Source of the DNA: Deltaproteobacteria bacterium
GTDB lineage: Bacteria; Desulfobacterota; Binatia; UBA1149; CAYXZP01
NCBI GenBank assembly: GCA_046583365.1
Contig: JAYGCL010000077.1
Span: 3,179 to 67,178, forward strand
Direction of reading: 5' to 3'
Length of the DNA: 64,000 nucleotides
Shown: positions 1 through 9,844 of the stretch, one piece after another
How positions within the stretch are numbered: position 1 is the stretch's first letter
Layout of the letters: every line of letters starts with the position of its first letter
Notes under the pieces: generated by a model
What the model was told of the DNA's origin: nothing
Database searches by the model: none
Seen by the model: only the letters and a program-made list of their open reading frames with translations
Position numbers and translations under genes: made by a program

Positions 1-1162
1 GTTTCACAAAATCATAAACCCCCAGAGGCGAAGCGAAACGCGCACTACCACCGGTGGGAAGCACGTGGTTGGCACCCACGATGTAATCGCCCAGTGGTTC
101 GGTGGAATATTGACCGAGAAAAATGGCACCGGCGTTTTTTATGCGGCCGAGCAGGCGTCGGGGTTCGGCAACCAACAGTTCGAGGTGCTCGGGGGCGATC
201 TGGTTGGCCACTTCGATGGCCCGCGACATGGAGCGCACCAGTAAAATGGTGCCAAAACGAGCCAACGAACGACGGGCCACCGCCCGGCGCTCAAGCGCGG
301 GCAGCTGTCGCTTGAGTTCAGTCACAACTCCTGCGGCCAGGCGGCGACTGGTAGTAACGCACAAGGACGCGGCCAGGGGGTCGTGTTCGGCCTGGGCCAG
401 CATGTCGGCAGCAACAAAATCGGCCCGCGCAGTGCCGTCGGCCACGATCAACACTTCGGTAGGACCGGCGACCATATCAATGTCCACCTGCCCGAACACC
501 GCCCGCTTTGCCTCGGCCACGTAGGCGTTGCCCGGCCCCACAATCTTATCCACGCGCTCAATCGAACGGGTCCCATAGGCCAGCGCGGCTATGGCCTGGG
601 CACCACCTATCTGCAACACCCGGGTAGCCCCGGCCAGGTCGGCGGCCGCCAACACAGCCGCCGATACGCCATCGACCGAAGGCGGCGTCACCACGGTTAT
701 GTCGGCAACACCGGCTATCTTTGCGGGCACCACGTTCATCAACACGCTGGAGGGATAGGAAGCACGCCCACCAGGAACGTACACCCCCACCTTCTCCAAC
801 GGGGTTATGCGCATCTCCGTCCTCACACCGGCTTCCCTCAGTTCGAAACCGCGTTCACGCTGCAACCTGTGGAAACGGCCGATCCGGGTGTGAGCTTTTT
901 TAAGGGCCCGGTAGGTCTCGCTGTCGAGCCCGGCACAAGCGCGCTTGATCTCTTCGGGTCCGACCTGGAGGCGGCGCGGCGAGAGCCGCACGCCATCGAG
1001 GCGTTGGGTGTACTCAAACACCGCCTTGTCACCACGGCGGCGAACGTCGGCAATAATACGGGCCACATCCCTGGCTACACGGCCGCCGCCGACTGCGCGG
1101 CCACGCAGTTTCTCAAGCCTCCGCCCGGCCTCGACCGAGCCATCGCACAACGGTGTTATCAT
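1..1162 (-). CDS. hisD: histidinol dehydrogenase, C-terminus cut by window edge
   Basis: Not in the ORF track because it runs off the left edge. Manual minus-strand translation from ATG 1162..1160 gives MITPLCDGSVEAG...VYVPGGRASYPSSVLMNVVPAKIAGV...IGGAQAIAALAYGT...GPGNAYVAEAKR...DMLAQAEHD...IAPEHLEL...ANHVLPTGGSARF, all typical HisD blocks. Confidence 0.9.
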   Translation of the reverse strand, partial: MITPLCDGSVEAGRRLEKLRGRAVGGGRVARDVARIIADVRRRGDKAVFEYTQRLDGVRLSPRRLQVGPEEIKRACAGLDSETYRALKKAHTRIGRFHRLQRERGFELREAGVRTEMRITPLEKVGVYVPGGRASYPSSVLMNVVPAKIAGVADITVVTPPSVDGVSAAVLAAADLAGATRVLQIGGAQAIAALAYGTRSIERVDKIVGPGNAYVAEAKRAVFGQVDIDMVAGPTEVLIVADGTARADFVAADMLAQAEHDPLAASLCVTTSRRLAAGVVTELKRQLPALERRAVARRSLARFGTILLVRSMSRAIEVANQIAPEHLELLVAEPRRLLGRIKNAGAIFLGQYSTEPLGDYIVGANHVLPTGGSARFASPLGVYDFVK

Positions 1163-1180
1163 GCCGCTTTCTCCATACCC

Positions 1181-2443
1181 CTAAGCCGCAACCGGCACAC
1201 GCTCAATACAGGCACCCAGGCCACGAAGTTTTTCCTCAAGGCGCTCGTAGCCGCGGTCGAGGTGATAGACACGCATCACCTCGGTTGTCTCTTCGGCCGC
1301 CAGGCCCGCAAGCACCAGGCAGACGCTGGCACGCAAGTCGGTGGCCATCACCGAAGCTCCACACAGTGAGACTTGCCCCTTAACTATGGCCCGGTTGCCC
1401 TCCAGCCTTATGTCGGCACCCATACGCATAAGTTCCTGCACATGCATGAAACGGTTCTCAAATATCGTCTCGGTCACCACCGAACTTCCCGAAGCCATAC
1501 ACATCAATACCATGAACTGGGCCTGCAGGTCGGTCGGGAAGCCCGGATGGGGCGCGGTGGTCACATCCACCGCCCGCGGCCGACGGTCGGCAAACACACG
1601 GATACCACCATCCTCAACGCCGACTTCCACCCCCGAGGCCCGCAGCGCCTCGATAAGCATCTCATGGTCGGCGGCACGCGCACCCTTGACCAGCACTTGT
1701 CCGCGGGTAAGCGCCCCCGCAATGAGGAAGGTACCCGCCTCTATGCGGTCGCCGATAACCGAGTGCTCGAAGCCGTTAAGCTCCGTCCGCCCTTCTATCT
1801 CGACGACCGAGGTGCCGGCCCCTTCAATACGGGCGCCCATTTTGGTCAGTACCGCGGCAAGGTCCACGACCTCGGGTTCGCGGGCCGCATTCTCGATACG
1901 GGTCGTTCCCGCGGCCAGGGAGGCCGCCATCAACAGATTTTCAGTGGCACCCACCGAGGGCTTTTCAAGAATAATGTGACCGCCCCGCAAACGGCTGGCA
2001 CTGGCCTCCACATATCCGGCCCTGGTTCTGATGCGAGCCCCCAGTCTGTGCATAGCGGCCAGGTGTATGTCTACCGGCCGCCCGCCAATCGCGCAGCCCC
2101 CCGGACGCGACACGCGGGCGCGACCGAAACGTGCCAGCAGGGGACCCAGGACCAGAAAAGAAGCACGCATGGTACGGACCAGGTCGTAGGGGGCGTCCTG
2201 GTGCAAGATTGCCGAGCAATCGATACGGAGTTCCCCCGCGGCCGGACGCTCGACCTCGGCTCCGAGGTCAATCAATAAACTCACCAGGGTCCTTATGTCG
2301 ACGACATCGGGAACGTTCTTTATGTGGCAGGGCCGGGCGCTCAGAAGACTGGCCGCAATCACGGGCAAAGCCGAGTTCTTGGCCCCGCTGGTCTGCACCT
2401 CTCCGCTGAGCCTGCGCCCCCCCTGTACGACTATTTTGTCCAT
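1181..2443 (-). CDS. murA: UDP-N-acetylglucosamine 1-carboxyvinyltransferase
   Basis: 420-aa ORF. N-terminus MDKIVVQGGRRLSGEVQTSGAKNSALPVIAASLL and full-length MurA-like sequence. Confidence 0.95.
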   Translation of the reverse strand: MDKIVVQGGRRLSGEVQTSGAKNSALPVIAASLLSARPCHIKNVPDVVDIRTLVSLLIDLGAEVERPAAGELRIDCSAILHQDAPYDLVRTMRASFLVLGPLLARFGRARVSRPGGCAIGGRPVDIHLAAMHRLGARIRTRAGYVEASASRLRGGHIILEKPSVGATENLLMAASLAAGTTRIENAAREPEVVDLAAVLTKMGARIEGAGTSVVEIEGRTELNGFEHSVIGDRIEAGTFLIAGALTRGQVLVKGARAADHEMLIEALRASGVEVGVEDGGIRVFADRRPRAVDVTTAPHPGFPTDLQAQFMVLMCMASGSSVVTETIFENRFMHVQELMRMGADIRLEGNRAIVKGQVSLCGASVMATDLRASVCLVLAGLAAEETTEVMRVYHLDRGYERLEEKLRGLGACIERVPVAA

Positions 2444-2452
2444 GCCCCTCGC

Positions 2453-3337
2453 TCAGGCCGGGCGCTTGCCGGCCACCACACGGTCGCGGCCGGCAAGGTC
2501 GCGGTGACAGGCGACCTCACGCCAACCCTGGCTCTCAAACAACTGGCGCACCTGGGCAGCCTGGGTGCCGACCTCCACGAGCAGCCACCCCTCGGGCACG
2601 AGGTAGTCTGCCGCGGCCGACACCAGAGGCGCACTGACCGACATCCCCTCGCTGCCGCCGAGCAGAGCCCGGCGGGGCTCCCAGTGGGCCACCTCGGGAG
2701 CCAGGGAGGCTATCTCACCGGTCTTTATGTAGGGGGGGTTACTTACCACCAGACTGAAAGGTCCTTGCCCGTTGGCTCCATCGAAAAGGTCGCCGGCGGC
2801 AAACTCTACCCGCCCGTCAACTCCGTGGCGCCGGGCGTTGTCGGGGGCCACCTCAAGGGTGGCCTCGCAAAGGTCGGTGGCCAGGATTCGGGCCCAGCCC
2901 ACCTTAACGGCTATAGCCACGGCCACGGCCCCCGACCCGGTCCCGATCTCAAGCATATCGGTGCGGCCGCTCTCGCCAATACTCTCCAGACGGTCTATGG
3001 CCAACTCCACCAGAAGCTCGGTTTCCGGACGCGGAATGAGAACGCGACGGTCGACCGCGAAGTCGAGAGAAAAAAATTCACGGCGGCCGATAATGTAGGC
3101 AAGCGGCTCCCGCGAGGCTCGCCGTTGCAGCAACTGGCGGTAACGGGCCACCTCGCTTGCGCCGAGTTCTCGCGAGTAGCTTGTGTAGAGTTCCACCCTG
3201 CCGGTATCCAACACTTCGGCAAGGAGCAGCTCTGCATCCAGACGGGCGCCCTCGATGCTCCTGGCGGCGAGAAAATCGGTGGCCAGGCCGAGGTAATCTA
3301 TAAGCCGCCGGGGCTCAATGCTCGGGGCCTCCTTCAC
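2453..3337 (-). CDS. prmC: peptide chain release factor N5-glutamine methyltransferase
   Basis: 294-aa ORF with the NPPY motif (VVSNPPYI) and SAM motif LEIGTGSGAV. Overlaps the prfA stop by 4 nt. Confidence 0.9.
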   Translation of the reverse strand: MKEAPSIEPRRLIDYLGLATDFLAARSIEGARLDAELLLAEVLDTGRVELYTSYSRELGASEVARYRQLLQRRASREPLAYIIGRREFFSLDFAVDRRVLIPRPETELLVELAIDRLESIGESGRTDMLEIGTGSGAVAVAIAVKVGWARILATDLCEATLEVAPDNARRHGVDGRVEFAAGDLFDGANGQGPFSLVVSNPPYIKTGEIASLAPEVAHWEPRRALLGGSEGMSVSAPLVSAAADYLVPEGWLLVEVGTQAAQVRQLFESQGWREVACHRDLAGRDRVVAGKRPA

Positions 3338-4404
3338 TTACCGCCCTCCGTCTTGAGGGCCTCGGTCTGGAAATGCAGGCTGACGGCGTCGAGCACTTCG
3401 TCCATGTCGCCGGCAATGAAACGGTCGAGAGAGTACAGGGTCAGTCCTATGCGGTGGTCGGTCACGCGCCCCTGGGGGAAATTGTAGGTGCGGATGCGCT
3501 CGGAACGGTCGCCGGTGCCCACCATGGCCTTGCGCTCGGCGGCCACTTTGGCCTGTCTCTTGGCTTCCTCGAATTCAAACAAGCGGGAGCGCAGAATCTT
3601 AAGTGCCTTGGCCTTGTTCTTGTGCTGGGATTTTTCATCCTGGCATGTCACCACCAACCCGCTGGGCACATGGGTCAGACGCACGGCCGAATCGGTGGTA
3701 TTGACCGATTGTCCCCCCGGCCCGGAAGAGCGGTAGACGTCAACACGCAGGTCGTTGTCCTCTATGCGCACGTCAAGCTCTTCCGCCTCGGGCAACACAG
3801 CCACGGTGACCGCCGAGGTGTGAACGCGCCCCTGGGTTTCGGTCTGGGGTACCCTCTGGACGCGGTGGACACCCCCCTCACGGCGCAGACGTCCGTAGGT
3901 TCCGCGTCCGCTGACCAACAGAGTGGTTTCCTTGATGCCCCCCATGGTACCGGCACTGAGGTTGAGTTGTTCACTCTTCCATCCCTTTTCCTCGCAGTAA
4001 CGGAGGTACATTCTCAACAGGTCGGCCGCGAAGAGTGCGGCTTCCTCGCCGCCGGTGCCGGCCCGGATTTCGACAATCGCGTTGCGCTGGTCGAGAGGGT
4101 CTTTGGGGACCAGTAGGGCTTTCAAACCGGCATCGGTCTCTTCGATGTTGGCCGACAGAGCCCGGGCTTCTTCCCTGGCCATCTCGCGAAGCTCAAGGTC
4201 GGAATCGTCTTTGAGCTTTTCGGCCTCTTCCAGACCCTCGGCCAGGGACCGACGCTGGCGGTACAGAGCCACCACTTCGGCCAGTTCGGAGTGTTCGCGC
4301 ATGAGTTGACGCAGGCGGTCGCGGTCGTTGGACACCGCAGGGTCCTGCAGGTCCTTTTCTATCTGCTCGAAACGAGCCTCAACCTCCGCAAGCTTCTCAA
4401 ACAT
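3334..4404 (-). CDS. prfA: peptide chain release factor 1
   Basis: 356-aa ORF with the GGQ motif (SSGPGGQSVNTTDSAVRLTH) and a PxT-type RF1 body. Confidence 0.97.
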   Translation of the reverse strand: MFEKLAEVEARFEQIEKDLQDPAVSNDRDRLRQLMREHSELAEVVALYRQRRSLAEGLEEAEKLKDDSDLELREMAREEARALSANIEETDAGLKALLVPKDPLDQRNAIVEIRAGTGGEEAALFAADLLRMYLRYCEEKGWKSEQLNLSAGTMGGIKETTLLVSGRGTYGRLRREGGVHRVQRVPQTETQGRVHTSAVTVAVLPEAEELDVRIEDNDLRVDVYRSSGPGGQSVNTTDSAVRLTHVPSGLVVTCQDEKSQHKNKAKALKILRSRLFEFEEAKRQAKVAAERKAMVGTGDRSERIRTYNFPQGRVTDHRIGLTLYSLDRFIAGDMDEVLDAVSLHFQTEALKTEGGK

Positions 4405-4465
4405 GGCTTAAAAACTTATACGGCCTGCGCCCGGCAGCCAAAAGCCGCCAACGCACCCGGGCCAC

Positions 4466-4490
4466 AAAAAAAGGGGCGGAAACCCGCCCC
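4466..4490 (-). terminator. Rho-independent terminator after rpmE
   Basis: GGGGCGG-AAAC-CCGCCCC hairpin (4473..4490) followed on the minus strand by a 7-nt T run (4466..4472), 30 nt after the rpmE stop. Confidence 0.6.
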
Positions 4491-4519
4491 TGTCTACCCG
4501 ACAACTGAACTGCCGGAGC

Positions 4520-4735
4520 TCAGTTTTTGCCGTAGCCAAACTTCTCGTACCTCTTGCGGAAGCGTTCGACGCGGCCGGCAGTATCGACAATCTTCTGCTG
4601 GCCGGTATAGAAGGGGTGGCAGGCCGAACAGATCTCGACATGGATATTTTTGGCTGTGGACCGCGTCTTAAACGTGTTGCCACAGGCGCAAACGACATCA
4701 ACATCGCCGTAGTGTGGGTGTATTCCCTCTTTCAT
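4520..4735 (-). CDS. rpmE: 50S ribosomal protein L31 (Zn-binding type)
   Basis: [22 protein letters not shown]...[13 protein letters not shown]. The start is taken at the internal Met (residue 44 of the 114-aa track ORF); the upstream extension has no L31 similarity. Confidence 0.9.
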   Translation of the reverse strand: MKEGIHPHYGDVDVVCACGNTFKTRSTAKNIHVEICSACHPFYTGQQKIVDTAGRVERFRKRYEKFGYGKN

Positions 4736-4806
4736 AACCCCTTGAGCCTCCGAACCCCGAAGCCGGTTCTTATAACAACGCAAGGGGGACTGTTCAAGTG
4801 GGGCAC

Positions 4807-4854
4807 GGCTCATCTCACCCGGCCAACGGCGGCTCATCTCACCCGGCCAACGGC
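4807..4854. repeat. perfect 24-bp tandem duplication (2 copies) spanning the glpK stop codon
   Basis: GGCTCATCTCACCCGGCCAACGGC occurs at 4807..4830 and again at 4831..4854. The second copy encodes the last glpK codons (AVGRVR) plus the stop. Confidence 0.95.
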
Positions 4855-6315
4855 CTCTTGCCACCCCCGATAGAGGCGGGCCCGCTGGGACGGCTTCATC
4901 GACGGCCTGAACACACGGTCGGCCTGGCGGGCCTTTTCCACATCCCCTGCCCCCTTGAAGATGCCGGCACCAAGGCCGGCCAGCAACGCCGCCCCCACGG
5001 CCGTGGTCTCTACAACACGGGGGCGGTCTACGCCCACGCCGAGGATGTCGGCCTGGAACTGCATGAGAAAATCGTTGGCCGCGGCTCCCCCGTCCACCCG
5101 CAATAACCGCAGACGGCGCCCCGCATCGGCCGACATCGCCTCGACCACATCACGGGTCTGGTAGGCCAGGGATTCCAGCGTGGCGCGAATCACGTGGTCG
5201 GCCGTAACCCCCTGGGTAAGCCCGACCAGGGCACCACGGGCCTCGGCATCCCAATAAGGCGCACCCAGGCCGGCAAAGGCCGGCACCAGGTAAACGCCCA
5301 GTGTGGACTCCACACGGCGGGCCGCAGCCTGGCTGTCGGCGGCCTTTTTTATCAGCCCCAGTCCGTCGCGCAGCCACTGCACCGCCGCGCCGGCAATAAA
5401 GATAGAGCCCTCCAGGGCGTAGGCCGGGCCACCGTCGGCCGCACAGGCCATAGTGGTGATAAGATGGTTTTTTGAGACCACCGGCCGGTCGCCGGTGAAC
5501 ATGAGTATGAAACAACCGGTCCCGTAGGTGTTCTTCACCATCCCGGGCCGAAAGCAGCCCTGCCCGAACAGGGCGGCCTGTTGGTCACCGGCCACTCCGG
5601 TTATGGGAATCGAGCCCTTGCCGAGCAGGCCCGCGGCAGTCGCACCGAAACTGCCGGCCGAGGGCCGGACTTCGGGAAGAACCTCGGGGGGAATTCCCAG
5701 GGTCTCGCACAGAGACTTGTCCCACCGGCGCGAACGGATGTTGAAAAGCATGGTCCGCGAAGCGTTGGTGTAGTCGGTGGCGTGGACCTTGCCGCCGCTG
5801 AGTTTCCAGATCAGCCAACTGTCGATGGTGCCAAAGGCCAGTTGGCCGCGGACGGCTTTGGCACGGGCGCCACGGACGTTATCGAGCAGCCAGGCCAGCT
5901 TGGTGGCGGAAAAGTAAGGGTCTATTACCAGACCGGTCTTGCGGCGTACGGCGGCCGTAAGACCGGCCGACTTAAGCTTCTGGCAATGGGCGGCCGTGCG
6001 ACGGTCCTGCCACACAATGGCGCGGTGCAAAGGACGGCCGCTTTTGCGGTCCCACAACACGGTAGTCTCGCGTTGGTTGGTAATACCGATGGCCGCCAGG
6101 TCTGCGGGCCGGATACCCGCATTGCGGCAGGCCTTGGCAATGAGCGAGTACGTCACGCGCCAGATCTCTTCGGCGTCGTGCTCAACCCAGGCCGGCTTGG
6201 GGTAGAACTGTTTGAACTCCGAATAGGCACGGCCCAGGACACGGCCGCGCTGGTCGAAAACCATAACTGTAGAACCGGTGGTGCCCTGGTCGAGGGCGAG
6301 AATGTAGCTGGCCAT
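4834..6315 (-). CDS. glpK: glycerol kinase
   Basis: [21 protein letters not shown]... with a full FGGY-kinase body. The start is chosen at the Met at 6315 (residue 51 of the track ORF), which overlaps the upstream gene stop (ATGA-type junction). Confidence 0.93.
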   Translation of the reverse strand: MASYILALDQGTTGSTVMVFDQRGRVLGRAYSEFKQFYPKPAWVEHDAEEIWRVTYSLIAKACRNAGIRPADLAAIGITNQRETTVLWDRKSGRPLHRAIVWQDRRTAAHCQKLKSAGLTAAVRRKTGLVIDPYFSATKLAWLLDNVRGARAKAVRGQLAFGTIDSWLIWKLSGGKVHATDYTNASRTMLFNIRSRRWDKSLCETLGIPPEVLPEVRPSAGSFGATAAGLLGKGSIPITGVAGDQQAALFGQGCFRPGMVKNTYGTGCFILMFTGDRPVVSKNHLITTMACAADGGPAYALEGSIFIAGAAVQWLRDGLGLIKKAADSQAAARRVESTLGVYLVPAFAGLGAPYWDAEARGALVGLTQGVTADHVIRATLESLAYQTRDVVEAMSADAGRRLRLLRVDGGAAANDFLMQFQADILGVGVDRPRVVETTAVGAALLAGLGAGIFKGAGDVEKARQADRVFRPSMKPSQRARLYRGWQEAVGRVR

Positions 6316-7370
6316 CAGCCGGTCACCAACGAACGCCGCTCGCCGAGGAGTTCCCCCAGCAAGGCCTGCATGCGCACGCGCAGGGCATCGCTCAGCCCGT
6401 CTACATTGGCATTGCCCTCTTCCACATCCACGTACTCGACCGTGGCACCGAGCCGCAGACGCCATTTAAGCGGCAGTGGCAGCAACCCGAAAATACCCAA
6501 CAGGGGAAAGACCGGGGTCAGGGGAAAACCGGCTGCATGTCCGAGAACGGGATAGCTCTCCTCGCTGCCGACCACGGCACCGGGAACAATACTTGCCCCG
6601 GCCTCTATGGCCGCCCCTATAAGGGCGGCGTCGTCAAAACGTTCGAGCCGGTAGCGGCGTTGATAGGTCTTGGCCAGGGCCGCACGGCCTTCGGGAAACC
6701 CCAGCACCACCGCGCCACGGGACAAAAGCTCAGCCGCATTCTCCGGCGTGGCCGCAACCAGACCGGCCCTGTGAAGAAAATCGCCAACCACGGGAAGTTC
6801 AAACACTCCCGCATCCCACAGGGCGTAGACACGGCGCTGCCCGCAGCGGCCCCCGGCCATGTGAGCCCACAACACCAGGGCCTCTACCGGCAACGGCCAG
6901 GCACTACGGTTGAGCAACACCAGCACCCCTCCGTGTTCGGGAAAGCGGGCCGAACGGCTTTCGTCCAGGCCCAGCCAGGCCCGCGCAACCGGCCTAAGGA
7001 TGTCGGCCAGCGCCGAGGACAGGTGCTCGTCCATGCCAAGGTCGTCGGTGGGGGCGGCAGCAAAACGCGAGGCTCTTGCCGCGATGAAGTTTTGCGGTTC
7101 GCGTAAACCGCGGGCAAGGCCGCTGCCGGCCATCCACAACTCGCGGCCGAGGTCGAGGACAAACTCTTCGAGCGGGCCGCGGGCCTGGGCCGGCCTCTCA
7201 AGCTCGCGGGCAACGCGGCCCTCGAGGTCTTCGAGGCGTTTTAAGAATATGTCCAGGGGATGGGCGGGGCCGGGGGAGGCGGCCGCCTTCGGTTCCTTGC
7301 CAACCGCCTCCGGCTGCGTGTCAACCACCCGCACGTTGCGGATTGTTAGCGCTGGCCGGGGCAATTGCAA
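6315..7370 (-). CDS. LPLAT/PlsC-superfamily acyltransferase-like protein with a degenerate HX4D box
   Basis: 351-aa ORF. The FPEGR block and overall acyltransferase-like layout are present, but the expected NHxSxxD box reads NRSAWPLP. The N-terminal ~110 aa has no recognisable domain. Confidence 0.5.
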   Translation of the reverse strand: MQLPRPALTIRNVRVVDTQPEAVGKEPKAAASPGPAHPLDIFLKRLEDLEGRVARELERPAQARGPLEEFVLDLGRELWMAGSGLARGLREPQNFIAARASRFAAAPTDDLGMDEHLSSALADILRPVARAWLGLDESRSARFPEHGGVLVLLNRSAWPLPVEALVLWAHMAGGRCGQRRVYALWDAGVFELPVVGDFLHRAGLVAATPENAAELLSRGAVVLGFPEGRAALAKTYQRRYRLERFDDAALIGAAIEAGASIVPGAVVGSEESYPVLGHAAGFPLTPVFPLLGIFGLLPLPLKWRLRLGATVEYVDVEEGNANVDGLSDALRVRMQALLGELLGERRSLVTG

Positions 7371-7400
7371 CGAACCCGCCCCCGTCTAATAACGCCCGAT

Positions 7401-8267
7401 ATGCCCAGCACTTCCCCCCGCATTGTTTTCGTCACCGGCAAGGGCGGCGTGGGCAAATCCTACGTCGCCCGCCTGCTTGCCCACAGTCAGGCCGAGGCCG
7501 GCCGCCGGGTGGCCCTGCTCAACTGCGATGGCCGGCCGGCGGCGGCATCCGCACAGGGACAAACCAGCAAGGCCGCCTACGGCGGAGTAGACATCGTCGA
7601 TTTCGACGAAGGCCGGGCCCTGGCGGCCCTGGTAGGCCGGGTGATTCCCCTTGCCTTCGTGGCCCGGCGCCTGCTCAGCAGCCGTACCTTCGCCGCCGTG
7701 GCCGCGGCGGCCCCGGGCATAGCCGACCTGGCCCTGCTGTGGACCATCGCCGGGCTGGCCGACGGTAGGACCGGGGTCTACGACCTGGTCGTTGTCGATG
7801 GCCCGGCCTCGGGACAAGCCTTAAAGGTAGTTGGCGCCCCACGGGCCACGACCGGTCTTGGCCTGTTTGGACGGATGGACTCTCTGGCCCGGGACCTCGA
7901 AGAGATGCTCGGCGATGCCCAACGCTTTCGCGCCCTGGTCGTAACCACGGCCGAAGAGCTGGCGGTGCTCGAAACACAGGTCCTGGTCGATGGCCTTGCA
8001 GAGCGCGGCGTAGATGTGGCGGCAGTCGTGGCCAACGCCGTCTGGCCCCGTCACTGCAACCGGGAGCAGGAGGATTGGCTCACAAAAAACCCCTCTTCCT
8101 ACGACTCTGTCCACTACCTGTCGGTAAGGCGCGAGCAACTCAGGGCCCTGGCCGCCCTCACTGGTCCCCGCCCCCCCTTTGTCGTTGCCTACCGTTTTGA
8201 CAGTGGCACCGACGACACGGATGCGGCCCGCGCTCTGGCCGCGCATCTGGCCGAGGCCTGGACGTGA
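7401..8267 (+). CDS. ArsA/Get3-like P-loop ATPase (first of pair)
   Basis: Deviant Walker A IVFVTGKGGVGKSYVA. The DLVVVDGPASG block is typical of ArsA-related ATPases. The start is taken at the Met at 7401; the track ORF starts at 7365. Confidence 0.75.
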   Translation: MPSTSPRIVFVTGKGGVGKSYVARLLAHSQAEAGRRVALLNCDGRPAAASAQGQTSKAAYGGVDIVDFDEGRALAALVGRVIPLAFVARRLLSSRTFAAVAAAAPGIADLALLWTIAGLADGRTGVYDLVVVDGPASGQALKVVGAPRATTGLGLFGRMDSLARDLEEMLGDAQRFRALVVTTAEELAVLETQVLVDGLAERGVDVAAVVANAVWPRHCNREQEDWLTKNPSSYDSVHYLSVRREQLRALAALTGPRPPFVVAYRFDSGTDDTDAARALAAHLAEAWT

Positions 8268-9382
8268 GAGCAGAGACACTGGATAGCCTCACCGACGGAC
8301 GACGCCTGCTGGTATTCGTTGGCGAGGGTGGGGTGGGCAAAACCTCAATGGCGGCGGCCACGGCCCTTGCCGCCGCCGTGGCCGGCCGACACGTAGCCGT
8401 ACTCACCATCGACCCGGCCCCCCGTCTCTGTGATGCCCTCGGCATCGACACCATCGACGGCAGGCCGCAAAACGTAAGCCTGGGCAGCAGGCGCGCCCAG
8501 GCCGGCGGCTCTCTGGTAGCCATGAGGCTGGACACCAAGGGCACCTTCGACGCCATGGTCGAAGAGTTGGCCCCCGACCCCGTAACCGCCGCCCGTCTGC
8601 TGGCCAACCCCGTCTACCAGGCCATCTCCGACCGCCTGGGCGGCTCCGAGGGGTATGTGGCCTTCCAGCGTCTTTGGGAACTGGCCCGCCGCCGCAGCTA
8701 CGACCTTATCGTCGTAGACACGCCGGCGGCGGCAAACCTGCAAACACTGATGTCGGCACCGCTGCGGCTATCGGCCCTGATGGATAGCCGGGCCGCCGAA
8801 ATCCTCGCCGACCCGGCCAGGATCCTGATGCGCGCGGGCTCGAGTCTGGCCCGCACCACCGCAGCCATAGCCCTGGGCATCCTCGAACGTGTGGCCGGGG
8901 CCGGCCTGCGCGGCCAGGTGGCGGACTTCATCGCGGGCTTTGAACCGCTGCTCAATGCTTTGAACTCAAGGGCCGCAGAAGTGAACGACATGCTCGCACA
9001 GGGCTCTTTCGTAGTGGTTCTCAGCTTGCACGCCGACACCATGAATCTATCGTGTACCTTCTGCCGCGAACTGGCAGAGGCCGGCATGACGGTCACCTCG
9101 GTGGTGGCCAACCGTGTCATCCCGGCCTCAGGCCAGGACCCCGAACAAACATTAGCCCCGCTCGTCGACGACGCACCCACGGGTACGCTTGAGGCCGTGC
9201 AGAAGATGGAGACCGACCTCGGCCGCCTGCGTTCAAGCCAGACCGCGGTCATGGAAGAACTTACAAAGCGCATAGCCGGCACCACCGTGCTGACGGCTCC
9301 GGCGGCCAGAACAGGCATCGGTGGACTCGACGACCTCGAGACCCTGGCCGCAAGCCTCCAGCAGGTCGTAAGCGCCGCTTAG
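8264..9382 (+). CDS. ArsA/Get3-like P-loop ATPase (second of pair)
   Basis: LLVFVGEGGVGKTSMAAA P-loop, LTIDPAPRL, DLIVVDTPAAAN. 4-nt overlap with the preceding ATPase gene. Confidence 0.75.
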   Translation: MRAETLDSLTDGRRLLVFVGEGGVGKTSMAAATALAAAVAGRHVAVLTIDPAPRLCDALGIDTIDGRPQNVSLGSRRAQAGGSLVAMRLDTKGTFDAMVEELAPDPVTAARLLANPVYQAISDRLGGSEGYVAFQRLWELARRRSYDLIVVDTPAAANLQTLMSAPLRLSALMDSRAAEILADPARILMRAGSSLARTTAAIALGILERVAGAGLRGQVADFIAGFEPLLNALNSRAAEVNDMLAQGSFVVVLSLHADTMNLSCTFCRELAEAGMTVTSVVANRVIPASGQDPEQTLAPLVDDAPTGTLEAVQKMETDLGRLRSSQTAVMEELTKRIAGTTVLTAPAARTGIGGLDDLETLAASLQQVVSAA

Positions 9383-9747
9383 CGCTTACCCTTCTTTTTT
9401 GTTTTCTTCCTGGCCGTCGTTTTTCGGGCCTTGCTGGCCCTCTCAGGCTTCGGGCTGTCCTCGAGGTGTTTTCTGAGCGCCTCCAGCTTGCGGCTGAGGT
9501 TCATCAAAGTGCCGTGCAGACCGTCGACCTTGTCGGTAAGACGCTGCAAGTCTCTGCGCGAGGGGATATTGGCCAGGGCTAAAAGACCATCGAAATTTTT
9601 GTCCACCGTGGCCTTGGCCCGCCCGGCGGTTACCAGGATCTCGGCCAGGGCATCGAGCACCCGCCGGCTGCCCAGCTGTTTGCTGGCCTCGGAGACAAAG
9701 TCGGAGAACAGCTTGTCGAAACTTTTGCTCGCCCTTTCACTCACCAT
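9379..9747 (-). CDS. phasin-like / PHA granule-associated-type coiled-coil protein with Lys-rich tail
   Basis: MVSERASKSFDKLFSDFVSEA...IPSRRDLQRLTDKVDGL...KARKTTARKKTKKKGKR. Resembles PhaF/phasin-type proteins. The start is taken at the internal Met. Confidence 0.5.
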   Translation of the reverse strand: MVSERASKSFDKLFSDFVSEASKQLGSRRVLDALAEILVTAGRAKATVDKNFDGLLALANIPSRRDLQRLTDKVDGLHGTLMNLSRKLEALRKHLEDSPKPERASKARKTTARKKTKKKGKR

Positions 9748-9844
9748 GGGTGGCCTCCGGGACTGACCCCGAAGCGCCGGAAGTATAGGTATCGGCGGGC
9801 AGGGGGGCAAGCCGCACCCTCTCATTTGCCCGCACAGCCTCGCC

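Noticed and set aside
383-1369. 328-aa plus-strand ORF
   Set aside because: It lies entirely antisense to a clearly recognisable hisD. Its composition is Arg/Gly/His-rich, typical of out-of-frame reading of high-GC DNA. No recognisable domain.
2324-3487. 387-aa plus-strand ORF
   Set aside because: Antisense to prmC/prfA/murA. No motifs. A high-GC shadow ORF.
4807-4854. Tandem repeat considered as a CRISPR or minisatellite array
   Set aside because: Only two adjacent copies with no spacers, so it is a simple duplication. No CRISPR-like repeat-spacer structure was seen anywhere in the window.
4736-4864. 43-aa extension upstream of rpmE
   Set aside because: L31 proteins begin at MKxGIHP. The extension is translated from the 24-bp tandem repeat and the glpK 3' end.
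6316-6465. 50-aa N-terminal extension of glpK in the track ORF
   Set aside because: The extension is Arg/Cys/Gly-rich, overlaps the upstream gene, and precedes the canonical GlpK N-terminus ([14 protein letters not shown]). The internal Met at 6315 was chosen.
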